Positions 21,593-30,573 of a stretch of DNA of 64,000 nt are shown here, one piece after another. The stretch is from contig CAVXEP010000012.1 of NCBI GenBank assembly GCA_963760795.1, positions 192,001 through 256,000 on the forward strand. The letters are read 5' to 3'. Origin of the DNA: an uncultured delta proteobacterium. Its GTDB lineage: Bacteria > Desulfobacterota > Binatia > UBA9968. Position numbers and translations under genes: made by a program. Each line of letters opens with the position of its first letter. The first letter of the stretch is position 1. Under the pieces are notes generated by a model that had not been told where the DNA came from, ran no database searches, and worked only from the letters and a program-made list of their open reading frames with translations.

Positions 21593-21910
21593 ATGATGGA
21601 ACAATACAAAGACCTTTGGATTTCCGGCCATGCCACCCCCGGCTATCCCGGCGCCAATAACTCGACGCCTGGCGCCACCGTTTTGTATCAGCGCCCCAAC
21701 AATTCAGTGGTGGAGCTAACGACACTGAATGTACACAACTTCGAGTTGGAGAACCGCGATGTAGCCGAGTTGATCGGTCTGGAACTCGCTAGGCTGATCG
21801 TTGACACTTGCTATCCTGAACTTCAGCGCGAGCGGCAGGAAATAGAGCAAAAGAACGACGGCAAACCCGACATCGCCTTATCGACGTTAATTGAAATACG
21901 TGGGGCGTAG
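21593..21910 (+). CDS. Hypothetical protein
   Basis: 105-aa ORF; a paralogous 5' fragment at 22630 supports coding status. Confidence 0.65.
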   Translation: MMEQYKDLWISGHATPGYPGANNSTPGATVLYQRPNNSVVELTTLNVHNFELENRDVAELIGLELARLIVDTCYPELQRERQEIEQKNDGKPDIALSTLIEIRGA

Positions 21911-21922
21911 GGCTCGGCGCCC

Positions 21923-22195
21923 TCATTTCGGCTTCTGTGGGATTTTAATTATTTCATCTGCCATGCCGCGAAATCGAGGTTTATATCTCTCATCAAGTGC
22001 GTCAATCCTCGAAATTACCTCGGCCCCCAAACGGTCTATCCAGTCTTTGAATTCTTCATCGCTGAGCCAATCTTCGTTTCGCCGCTCCTTGTTGTCTACC
22101 TCATCGATAATTGCTTGAGCTTCGCGCTTGTAGTTATCCAGCAATACCTGAAAAAGATCCTCAAACCCCATTTTGGGGATATAGAGTTCATCCAT
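21923..22195 (-). CDS. Hypothetical acidic helical protein
   Basis: 90-aa ORF with GGAG RBS. Confidence 0.55.
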   Translation of the reverse strand: MDELYIPKMGFEDLFQVLLDNYKREAQAIIDEVDNKERRNEDWLSDEEFKDWIDRLGAEVISRIDALDERYKPRFRGMADEIIKIPQKPK

Positions 22196-22284
22196 AACCA
22201 GATAACTCCAAAAACGCTTCCATATCTCGGGGTCGTTCCGAGGTCACGCCCCCCTCACGGGGATGGAAAAACCAGGGCGCTGGA

Positions 22285-22314
22285 TTGCTTTATCTCTGTG
22301 ACGTGCGGTAGAAG
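22285..22314 (+). repeat. Promoter-like repeat, copy 2 (sigma70-like TTGCTT-18-TAGAAG)
   Basis: 27/30 identical to 20902-20931; directly before the RBS of the gene at 22338. Confidence 0.65.
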
Positions 22315-22337
22315 CGCAAATCAAAAGGAGCGCACTA

Positions 22338-22580
22338 ATGGCAACCTACAAAGTCTTGGCGTTCTGTAATGATTGTGTCGATGTTCACGATATGGGAGTA
22401 CGCCTGTTCTTAGATGCTGGTCCCGCCGATAAGCAAAGCGTCGGTGATGTTTATAACGGCAAGGAGCTTCCGCCGGAGGTGCTACGCTTGTACAATAATT
22501 CCGTTCAGTGTCCCAAGACTGGAAAATACTTTTATCAGAGAGACAACGATCAAGTGTTTTTAGTTCCACTGGAGGATTAG
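22338..22580 (+). CDS. Small putative metal-binding (Zn-ribbon-like) protein
   Basis: CNDCVDVH and CPKTG motifs; AAAAGGAG RBS. Confidence 0.7.
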   Translation: MATYKVLAFCNDCVDVHDMGVRLFLDAGPADKQSVGDVYNGKELPPEVLRLYNNSVQCPKTGKYFYQRDNDQVFLVPLED

Positions 22581-22629
22581 AAAAAGGGCTTGGCGGCTTT
22601 TATTGCATATACGGTGCTTTGAGGATTGC

Positions 22630-22692
22630 ATGGAACATTACAAAGACCTTTGGATTTCCGGCCATGCCACGCCCGGCTACTCCCGGCATTAA
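22630..22692 (+). pseudogene. Truncated duplicate of the 5' end of gene 21593..21910
   Basis: ATGGAACATTACAAAGACCTTTGGATTTCCGGCCATGCCAC nearly identical to 21596-21636, followed by an extra base and TAA. Confidence 0.7.
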
Positions 22693-22898
22693 TGTTTTCG
22701 GCTTCCAGGTGTGTTGACGCTTTCGTCCTTCTCCCCAACAGGATCTTCCGAGAGGCTTCTCTTTTCGCACATTGAACACAATTGCGTCTCGCCCATGCAA
22801 ATACAGCAAGCGAAGTCTTCTTTAATTCGGCTATCTAGTCTGATACATGGATGTCCGCACTTTGTTCCGACATCAACGCCACGAGTATTTCTATCCAT
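22689..22898 (-). CDS. Cys-rich small hypothetical protein
   Basis: 69 aa with CGHPC, CCIC and CSMC; AGGG upstream. Confidence 0.35.
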   Translation of the reverse strand: MDRNTRGVDVGTKCGHPCIRLDSRIKEDFACCICMGETQLCSMCEKRSLSEDPVGEKDESVNTPGSRKH

Positions 22899-23011
22899 AA
22901 ATTTTCCCTAAAAAGAGTGTTCAACCAAGTATGCGAACTCCACGCCCAACGACCCACCGAGTGAAGTTGTAGTTATCACGTTCTTCTGGACTGGACGTCA
23001 TGATTGCCTAC

Positions 23012-23407
23012 TCAATCGAGCAGCTCCTTAGGCACATTCCCGCCGTTGGCGGCGATTTGCGCCAGAACGGTCTTGTGCAGCCAAATATTCATCTTCGCCG
23101 AATCCCCCATGAGATCCGCCGGGCAGCCCAGCTCCGTAGCCAGCTCCTTGCGCGCCGCAAAGCTGCTATCGATCTCGAGCAGCTTCAGCAGGTCGACGAT
23201 GGAAGTGCGCCAGTTCAGCTTCTGCGGGTTAGCTGCCGCGCGCTGCTCCAGCTGCGCGACGACATCGACGACCGCGACCGGCCTGGGCGGCGGCGGTGCT
23301 GCCTGACCAGCAGTCGGGCTTGCCGCCGAGGTGGGAGGCGGCGTAGCAGGGTTAACGTCCTTGCTGCCGATGCCCAATTTCTGAAGTATATTGCTGAAGA
23401 ATCCCAT
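23012..23407 (-). CDS. DUF3597-domain protein
   Basis: LNWRTSIVDLLKLL...ARKELATELG...MNIWLHK signature; GAGGAG RBS. Confidence 0.9.
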   Translation of the reverse strand: MGFFSNILQKLGIGSKDVNPATPPPTSAASPTAGQAAPPPPRPVAVVDVVAQLEQRAAANPQKLNWRTSIVDLLKLLEIDSSFAARKELATELGCPADLMGDSAKMNIWLHKTVLAQIAANGGNVPKELLD

Positions 23408-23578
23408 GGCGATCTCCTCATCTTATTTTGCCTGATTGGAAGCATTAAGCATGGACAGTGAGCCCGTGTTTATTCATAACATCCTAGCAGCGAGGGCATC
23501 ATCGCTTCGCCCGAGGTTATAATCGGTGTTACAGGCATCAAAATCCTCATTATCTATAAAACTGCTTGAGTCAGTTGA

Positions 23579-23965
23579 TCACGAAGGCATGCGTACACCG
23601 CCCGTCACCCCTCGATTACGATTGATAATTTCCACTGCCAGTTCAGTCTGATCGGCAGCGTCCACTAAGAGCAGCACCTGCTCGCCGTCAAGTTCTGGGA
23701 CGCCGGGAGTCTCTGCCGCGTTTGCCTTGTGTACTCTGTTATCGGCGCTAAACAGCTCCTGAGCCACGTTATCTTGCATAGCGACAGCAATCCGATCTTC
23801 GGGAAAGCCGGCACCTTTTAGCTCATTGATCGCTTGCATCGCCTGCGCCGATTCACCGAATAAACCTGTGACCCGGCTTTCGGCGCTCTCATTCATGCGT
23901 GTTTTTTCCTCCGCACCAACTGTTTTAGGATAATTTACAACATCTTTTAACTGCATTGGGCTCAC
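23579..23965 (-). CDS. General stress protein (YflT/17M-like domain)
   Basis: VTGLFGESAQAMQAINELKGAGFPEDRIAV motif; true start may be ATG 23896. Confidence 0.7.
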   Translation of the reverse strand: MSPMQLKDVVNYPKTVGAEEKTRMNESAESRVTGLFGESAQAMQAINELKGAGFPEDRIAVAMQDNVAQELFSADNRVHKANAAETPGVPELDGEQVLLLVDAADQTELAVEIINRNRGVTGGVRMPS

Positions 23966-24038
23966 CTCGCAAAATTAATTAATCGCGTCAGTACCGCTCG
24001 ATCGATTTGCTCTATAACTTTATGAATAGAACAACCAA

Positions 24039-24053
24039 GCAACGAACGTACCA
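24039..24053 (-). promoter_or_regulatory. sigma54 promoter upstream of the YflT-like gene
   Basis: TGGTACGTTCGTTGC on the minus strand, GG-N10-GC. Confidence 0.65.
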
Positions 24054-24455
24054 ACCTTACATATCTGGTAGAGTGATGAAGTGTCTTGGATGTGACCCAA
24101 AGATAAGTCAATTTTCCCGAAGATGAAACGGAGCACGTGTGTCTGACGACTCTGACATATCTACAAGTGCTTATCGGTTGGCATCCGCATGCGAATTAAG
24201 ATGAGGATTATAAGCAAATCGTCGATAAAGCATTGTTTACAGCAGAAAAGACCCAGAATCATCGGCCGGGAACGGCGCTAAGTAGCGGCTTGCGCAAAGG
24301 GATATAGGCCATGCGTATTCTGTGACCCTCAAACATGGAATAATAACCAGTTGGAAATGTTTGAATATGTGATTACCGAATTATGAACCATCTCTCGCTA
24401 CTAGGCGGAATTATTTAACCGGCATGATCCGTAAGAATCAATATTGATGCGCTGG

Positions 24456-24494
24456 AACCCAAAGAGGCCTTTGAATCGGAGACCTCTTTGGGTT
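24456..24494 (-). terminator. Hairpin terminator after the SRPBCC gene
   Basis: AACCCAAAGAGG...CCTCTTTGGGTT 12-bp stem, 40 nt after the stop codon. Confidence 0.6.
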
Positions 24495-24533
24495 GATCGG
24501 TCTGTTTCGCGCTTACTACGCAGTCTACCTTAG

Positions 24534-25004
24534 TCATTCAGAAATTTTGTGCCCTTCACGAATCGTACCACGCCAAGCCCCAGTTTCTTGACCCCGGTTT
24601 TCGATGAATTCTTTGAAGTGCTCAAGATCGTTTCCGACTCGTCTGGAAACGAAGCCGACCGCATCACCGATGTTTTCTACAAATCCCTTGGGATCGTAGA
24701 ATAATTCTAAGACCACCCGTGTCCGATCCGGCCCTAATCTCGCAAAATCTACCTGACCGGAAATGTGTTCTTCCGATTGGGACTGCCAGGCAATGCGATT
24801 ATCGGGGATTTGCTCCGTGATCTTCGCAGTCCATTCTTTTTCTTTCCCACCAATATCAGCCCTCCAGTGAAGCCGCTGATCGTCCAGTTGTCGGACTTCC
24901 TTCACTCCTTCCATAAATCGGGGAAATTCTTCGAATTGCGTCCATTGATTGTAAACATCGCGGAGGGGTCGCTCGACTTCAATCGATTTTTTTATTCGCT
25001 CCAT
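24534..25004 (-). CDS. SRPBCC (polyketide cyclase/dehydrase-like) protein
   Basis: VYNQWTQFEEFPRFMEGV...ETGAWRG signature; AGGAGG RBS. Confidence 0.92.
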   Translation of the reverse strand: MERIKKSIEVERPLRDVYNQWTQFEEFPRFMEGVKEVRQLDDQRLHWRADIGGKEKEWTAKITEQIPDNRIAWQSQSEEHISGQVDFARLGPDRTRVVLELFYDPKGFVENIGDAVGFVSRRVGNDLEHFKEFIENRGQETGAWRGTIREGHKISE

Positions 25005-25047
25005 TTTGGAATCCTCCTATAGGGGTAGTTAATAAACCAGTATCGGT

Positions 25048-25062
25048 GCAAGTGCTATGCCC
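25048..25062 (-). promoter_or_regulatory. sigma54 promoter upstream of SRPBCC
   Basis: GGGCATAGCACTTGC on the minus strand, GG-N10-GC, 44 nt before ATG. Confidence 0.65.
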
Positions 25063-25149
25063 TCCCATCCGCGGTTTGATTAAAGTTCTTTGAAACAGGA
25101 GGCGCTCCACTAGTCAGAGAAAGTCATACTTTGCGTTAGCAATTTACCT

Positions 25150-25370
25150 TCATTTAGATCCGCCGAGCTCCGCCGGGCTCCGCAGCGGCGCGTTGGGATT
25201 CGATTTTGTCGCACATGACCACATTTTCTTTATGCAGAATTCACACTTGCCACAGGCAATAACGAAAGGTGTCACTACTTTATCACCGACCGTTAAGGTA
25301 TTTATTTCGCTGCCCATTTCGACAACCTCGCCCATGTTTTTCGTGACCGAGAATGTCGCCTTTTTCCATT
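25150..25370 (-). pseudogene. Internal fragment of a Zn-dependent (formaldehyde-type) alcohol dehydrogenase
   Basis: MEKGDILGHE / frameshift / NMGEVVE...GDKVVTPFVIACGKCEFC. Confidence 0.8.
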
Positions 25371-25446
25371 GTTGCCGTGTCATTACTGCAACAAATCTCA
25401 ATTCTGAAACATTCAACACTCGTATCGTCCATTCTGCCGCGAAACA

Positions 25447-25461
25447 TGGCACCTCACTTGC
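25447..25461 (+). promoter_or_regulatory. sigma54 promoter upstream of the PaaA-like gene
   Basis: TGGCACCTCACTTGC, near-consensus, 43 nt before ATG. Confidence 0.7.
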
Positions 25462-25504
25462 CAGAGTCAGTAATGGGTATTGTAATGATAGTAGGGGGTA
25501 AAGC

Positions 25505-26221
25505 ATGTTTTCAGATGAAGTCGAGTTAAAAGATGTTGAAAAAATGGACCCAGAATATGGGGAACTCTTGGGACGAGTGCTGACTATCCAGGCCGATTGC
25601 GAGATTGGAGGTCCCCATCTCTATGTAAAGGATATGCTACCTTCCGCGCCTAGCAAGTTGGAACAATTAATCGTCGCACGAACAGCAGCGGAAGAGCTCG
25701 ATCATTTTCGTAAGATCGCCCGCGTGGCCGGTGATATCGGAGTTGACGTGTCTTTCGTCCTCAGCTGGCCCAATCAGAAACGCTACTTGGATGCGTTTCG
25801 CGGGATAATCAAAACCTGGGAGGATTTTGCCGTGTTCGGATTTCTGATCGACCGTGTAGGTCGTTACCAGTTAGAGGAATTTTACGCTTGCACTTACAAG
25901 CCGCTGGAGCGCATGTTGCCACAGATCATCAAAGAGGAGCTGGGACACATCGGCTACGGCGAAAACAAGACGGCAGAGCTGGCCGCAATGGGAGAGGAAA
26001 CTAGGCAGAATATACAGAAAGCAATCGATTTTTGGTACGTCAAGGCCCTCGACATGTTCGGTCGCTCGGATTCCACGCGTGATGCGCGCTACATTTATTG
26101 GGGCTTGAAGCGTCGGACCAACGCTCGGGCTAGGCAAGAATTCATCGAAGAAGTGAATCCTCTTATCGAGAAGATGGGCTTGAAGGTACCTGATCCTCTC
26201 AAAGGGCGGATATATCTCTAG
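25505..26221 (+). CDS. PaaA/PaaC-like ferritin-fold diiron protein
   Basis: QADCE, EELDH, EELGH diiron ligands, Q.AIDFW...LDMFG and GLKVP motifs of the PaaA_PaaC family. Confidence 0.85.
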   Translation: MFSDEVELKDVEKMDPEYGELLGRVLTIQADCEIGGPHLYVKDMLPSAPSKLEQLIVARTAAEELDHFRKIARVAGDIGVDVSFVLSWPNQKRYLDAFRGIIKTWEDFAVFGFLIDRVGRYQLEEFYACTYKPLERMLPQIIKEELGHIGYGENKTAELAAMGEETRQNIQKAIDFWYVKALDMFGRSDSTRDARYIYWGLKRRTNARARQEFIEEVNPLIEKMGLKVPDPLKGRIYL

Positions 26222-27122
26222 TACCCGGTAGACGCCGGGAGCCGACGTTATCTTCTAAATTGCCCTGATCACTGCAATCGTGGTTGGGGTTCCACCGCGT
26301 AAACGTTAGCTGAGCAGGCAAAAAGTCAATTCTAGCGGAGGAACTGCTCGTTCGCTGAATTCAATCTATTCTCAATTGGCCTGCTCTCACCCCGGTTGTA
26401 AGCGCTATATGCGACCCGAAGGACCCGATAGCTAACTTCTAAGAAAATGAAATTGAGTTGATATTTTCTCTTTGCCTTTCGGTGTATCTGATTTACTGAT
26501 CTTGTTTTCGCCCTGTTTCTCGGTTCCTGTTTGGATCTTTTTTGTTGCGGGCGTCTTTTTGCTTCGCGTGGCCATAGTTCAGAACCCTCCTAAACTTAAC
26601 CGTTTTGAACGAGGTGTTCTAGGTGACATGATTCCTTGCTTCAAAAAAGACTATGACACTCAGTGATTCGCCCGCTACTGGGTGAGTTTTGTCTCCAGCG
26701 CTTCCAGGCGCCGTTCCGGATCGCTCGGTTATCTCCGAGCGTCTGGCGTCGGAGACTCCACAGAAATCACTAATCTTTTTCCGATCAAAAGAAGTATAAG
26801 TGTTCGGAGCTATGACCATACCCAGAGGCTGGCCTCCGATCGGTGCGTAAGCTTCCGATATGCCGATATCTCCAAGCATAGAGCGAATCACTGCTACGGC
26901 AGGAGCCAAGTGAGATCTCGACTTCTTACCTTTGTCCACAGCACTAAGTCGGAACCCAAACGATGTCTTAAAAACCCAGGGGAATGTCCATTGGCTGAAG
27001 CGGAAGAAGCCGGCCTGCGGTGCGGCAAAGAGTGGCTCAGCTAAAATTTAATACGAGGAATAGATCAGTGAATGAAGCGGCATTGAGGTAGATATCAAAT
27101 CCCATGACGCTTATCTCGGGAT

Positions 27123-27293
27123 CTATTCTTCCGCAGTGGCTTCAATAATTTCGTTTGCCGTCGCTTTTATCCATTCATCTTTACCGTTTTTAAATTTGAC
27201 CGGTGTGAGTCCCGCTTTCGCTCCGGGTAATACCTTCTCGAAATTCTGGAAATTTATTTCTACAGGCTCGCCTTTGTCGTTTATGAATTTCAT
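27123..27293 (-). CDS. 56-aa hypothetical protein
   Basis: MKFINDKGEPVEINFQNFEKVLP...; GAGAGG upstream; protein-like composition. Confidence 0.6.
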   Translation of the reverse strand: MKFINDKGEPVEINFQNFEKVLPGAKAGLTPVKFKNGKDEWIKATANEIIEATAEE

Positions 27294-27426
27294 GTTTGTT
27301 TGTTGCCCTCTCGTTAGTTGAAGAGCTACCGGCGTGGGACGGTACGCCACATTCGACAATCTTTAGCCATGTAGTTTTCTTTATCGTTGGACATTTAATA
27401 TTTTAGGGTATTAAGGCAGCGGCACC

Positions 27427-27700
27427 CTATTTCGTCATAGCTGATGTCACGCGCCATATGATATTGCCAACGTCATCTGTCACCAGCAGCGCCCCCCTCG
27501 ATCTCCGGCAACTCCAACCGGACGGCCCAAGGCATCACCGTCCGCGGTGACAAAGCCCGTAAGGATATCTTCAGGTGGCCCGGCAGGGCTGCCGTCAGCG
27601 AAGGCCACAAAAATCACCTTAATAGCCACTGCGCGGTTGACGGTTCCAGGCCGATAAACGCACCGCTCATATGGGGCTGCCCTTGGTGTTGTACCTGAAG
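27427..27700 (-). pseudogene. C-terminal remnant of an L-sorbosone/PQQ-sugar dehydrogenase family gene
   Basis: Across frameshifts: [19 protein letters not shown]...ILTGF...[23 protein letters not shown]. Confidence 0.8.
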
Positions 27701-27828
27701 GCCAACTTTTGGCAGGGGCAACATTGACGTGTCGACCTAACCATTGGCGGGTCCATTTCACGACCTAAATATGTCCTGGGTAATTAACACGGATGAATGC
27801 CTAGCTGAATTCCTTGTTTAAAAGTAAT

Positions 27829-28215
27829 CTATGCGTCGGCCCCTTTGCTCTCTGGCGCCTTCACCAGCCAGCGTTCGCGCATCATCTTGTCCTGAATTCG
27901 TAGTAACCCCTCGGTAAGCGCTTCCGGACGGGGCGGACAACCGGGAACGTAAACGTCGACCGGAATAATCTTGTCGACGCCTTTGCAGACCGAATAAGCG
28001 AGCTGGAACAGCCCACCGCAGTTCGAGCAACTGCCCATGGAGATGACATATTTAGGGTCGGGCATCTGGTCATAAAGCAGCTTGGTGCGTTTGGCCATCT
28101 TATAGGTGAGCGTGCCGGCAACGATCATCAGATCCGATTGCCTTGGCGTCGCCCGCGGCACGGCGCCGAAACGGTCGAGATCAGCGCGCGGCCCGCCGGT
28201 CTGCATGAGCTCGAT
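27829..28215 (-). pseudogene. nuoB: 5'-truncated NADH-quinone oxidoreductase subunit B
   Basis: [34 protein letters not shown]; the ACC cysteine pair and all upstream sequence are missing (TAA precedes IELM). Confidence 0.88.
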
Positions 28216-28332
28216 TTAGTTGTGCAAATCGAATTTACCGAATGGACAGCCGACGATCACTTGCGCCACGCCGCGTTTGCCGGGATTAGCAAGGACAAGA
28301 AAGCGCAGGATGTGGTGCGCGAGTTGGAGTAG
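28213..28332 (+). pseudogene. ligD: C-terminal fragment of an ATP-dependent DNA ligase (LigD-type OB domain)
   Basis: [37 protein letters not shown] matches the LigD ligase C-terminus. Confidence 0.8.
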
Positions 28333-28374
28333 CCAATGTGGTTAAGACTAAGTCACGCGATGCATCCTTTTACC

Positions 28375-28685
28375 TCACAAGTGCTCAATCGGCACTATAG
28401 GCCAGGCAATCACTTCCTGATATCCACCAAAATGACATAGCGGTTTTATGTCAGGCAGATCAATTCCTAAAGCTACGGTCATGCTGTTTTTATGCAATTC
28501 GATCTCCGCGCGTTGAAGAGGCCACTGTGCGTGATGAATTTCTCCGAAGACGATCCGGTTTGATTTTAGCGCGCCGTAGAGAGCGTATCTTTCGGTGAGC
28601 CAATGGTCGAGCGTTCCCGGAGTGGAGTGATAAATTTCTGAAACAGGGCGTATTTACTTCGAACTCGGCGGATGAGCATTCGATG
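28375..28685 (-). pseudogene. C-terminal remnant of a YqjF/DUF2071 protein (not in ORF track)
   Basis: Manual translation PGTLDHWLTERYALY...GEIHHAQWPLQRAE...VIAWP. Confidence 0.75.
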
Positions 28686-28929
28686 AGTCGCCTTGCGAGT
28701 TCAGCTCTGCTAGACGTTTACGGAAGTGTCTTAGATTTGAGAACAAAAAAGCTGCGTGTATGAAGCGAAATCAGGACGGTAGTTTGGAATTTTTAATTTT
28801 TAAAGTAGCCACGATTTTACCTACGCTGGTTCGAAATCGGCCAGATTTCAACTACTTAATCGGGGCTTGACAGTGGCAAAAGCGAGATTAAATTTTAAAT
28901 GCAATCTCGATCCGAAAGGAGCTAAAAAC

Positions 28930-29391
28930 ATGCTTAACGAATTGATGAGATGGAACCCTACTGAAGAATTGTCTAACTGGCATCGTGATATCGATGATTT
29001 GTTCGGTCGATTTTTCGAACGACACGAAAACGCTGTGGCGGCGAATTGGGTCCCTCGGATAGAATCATTTCGCAAGGATAATGATTACGTTATACGAGTC
29101 GATCTGCCTGGCGTTAATCCCAACGACGTTCACGTTCAAGCTGAAGGAAATGTCTTGACTATTACCGGCGAGCGCAAAAGCGAGGATAAGGGGCCGAAAT
29201 ATCGGGAGACGTTTTATGGCAAATTCGAGCGGCAACTGGCTTTACCTCAAGGTGCAGAAGCAGACAAGATTGTCGCCCGATATGAGCATGGCGTACTTGA
29301 AATCCGGGTGCCGCTTCCGGCGCAGCTTGCTGGTCGGATGATTCCGATTCAGATCGATCATAAGGACAAGAAAAAACTAGAGGCTGCATAG
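28930..29391 (+). CDS. Hsp20/alpha-crystallin small heat-shock protein
   Basis: DLPGV, LTITGERK, YGKFERQLALP, ARYEHGVLEI and C-terminal IPI motif; AAAGGAG RBS; TTGACA at 28867. Confidence 0.95.
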   Translation: MLNELMRWNPTEELSNWHRDIDDLFGRFFERHENAVAANWVPRIESFRKDNDYVIRVDLPGVNPNDVHVQAEGNVLTITGERKSEDKGPKYRETFYGKFERQLALPQGAEADKIVARYEHGVLEIRVPLPAQLAGRMIPIQIDHKDKKKLEAA

Positions 29392-29426
29392 TAACAAAGC
29401 TCTATTAACAGAAGCGGCTATTCTTC

Positions 29427-29460
29427 AAAGGGGTCTTCCATGAGGAAGACCCTTTTGTTT
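29427..29460 (+). terminator. Intrinsic terminator after hsp20
   Basis: GGGTCTTCC-ATGA-GGAAGACCC followed by TTTTGTTT. Confidence 0.8.
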
Positions 29461-29486
29461 TGAGTCACCGGGATAAAGGAGAGCCA

Positions 29487-29900
29487 ATGAGCGAAGACAG
29501 TTTCAACATAACAAGCCGCGACAACTTGCTGATTGATCAATACATGGACACGTTTCGACGCAGCGAATATCTCGGATCGGAGAAATCGCTACTCGTTGCG
29601 ATCCTCGATGACGCGGTACAGGAATATCGAAAATACGATCGGGCACACGATGCGGATGGCAAAAGACGATTTCGTGAAGTGCAGGAATGGCTCATGCAAG
29701 AGGATGATGAGTGGATATTCTCCTTTCACAATGTCTGCGAGCTTCTTGGCCTCGACCCGGAGTACGTTCGCCGTGGACTCTCTGAAACTCAATCTAAATC
29801 GGGGCAGGAGAAGCCCGGACTACCTAAAAACGGGCGGCATGAACATTTGGCTTCCGCTGAGCAGAAGGTCGGAGATCATCCGACCGACGCTTGCGGTTGA
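29487..29900 (+). CDS. Conserved hypothetical protein
   Basis: EKSLLVAILDDAV...W..FSFHNVCELLGLDPEYVRRGL pattern; AAGGAG RBS. Confidence 0.75.
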   Translation: MSEDSFNITSRDNLLIDQYMDTFRRSEYLGSEKSLLVAILDDAVQEYRKYDRAHDADGKRRFREVQEWLMQEDDEWIFSFHNVCELLGLDPEYVRRGLSETQSKSGQEKPGLPKNGRHEHLASAEQKVGDHPTDACG

Positions 29901-30573
29901 ATGCCTAGTCAAGACAACCGGCCAAGGAGCCTTTCGCAACCAAGCGGTTAGGCCAAGCGGGTTTGTGTCTGGCTTCTTTCAACGACGTTTTTTTCAAGGA
30001 TTTCATGAACAATTTCGATGAGTGTAACAACCCACACTTCGGCGTCTGCCCAAATGCATTCGGATTAAACACAGAGTGGCAGACAGTCGCCGATGCGAAA
30101 TTCAAGGACATCAAAGAACAAGCAGATTGCCGAGCTAAACGAACGGAAATCCGATGATTGATCGGTGGGTGGCCGAGATCGGCGGCGAGATCGCCATGGT
30201 AGGTGTTGCGCCGGTCATAACCAACACCATTTCCCCGCCGGCAAGCGTATCGACGCAGTGCCGGTCACACCGGACAAATTGCTTTGAAGCGTCACCCTGG
30301 CAACAGTTGCGACGTCGATCATCGTTCACGGGTTTTCGGTGTCACCCATGATGAAACACTATCTGGAGAAGACCAGTACAAGGACAACGAATCGACCGCG
30401 CCGGTGATCAATTTCTTTACGAGCGGGACATTTAACTTCTTTGAGCTCTCCGGGGGCACCCATCTTGCAGACAAGAAAAGCGGTGAGATACTAAGTAATC
30501 GGCATCGCGTATTGGTCCACCACGCACTAAGTTAGACCAAAAAAACACCGAGGCGATCCAAAAGGAGAAGACC

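Noticed and set aside
19300-23000. Integron cassette array
   Set aside because: No attC-like structures recognised, genes are in both orientations, and the integrase is P4-like rather than IntI
26472-27044. Several overlapping 60-120-aa ORFs
   Set aside because: No recognisable motifs or good RBS; possibly decayed sequence that I cannot assign
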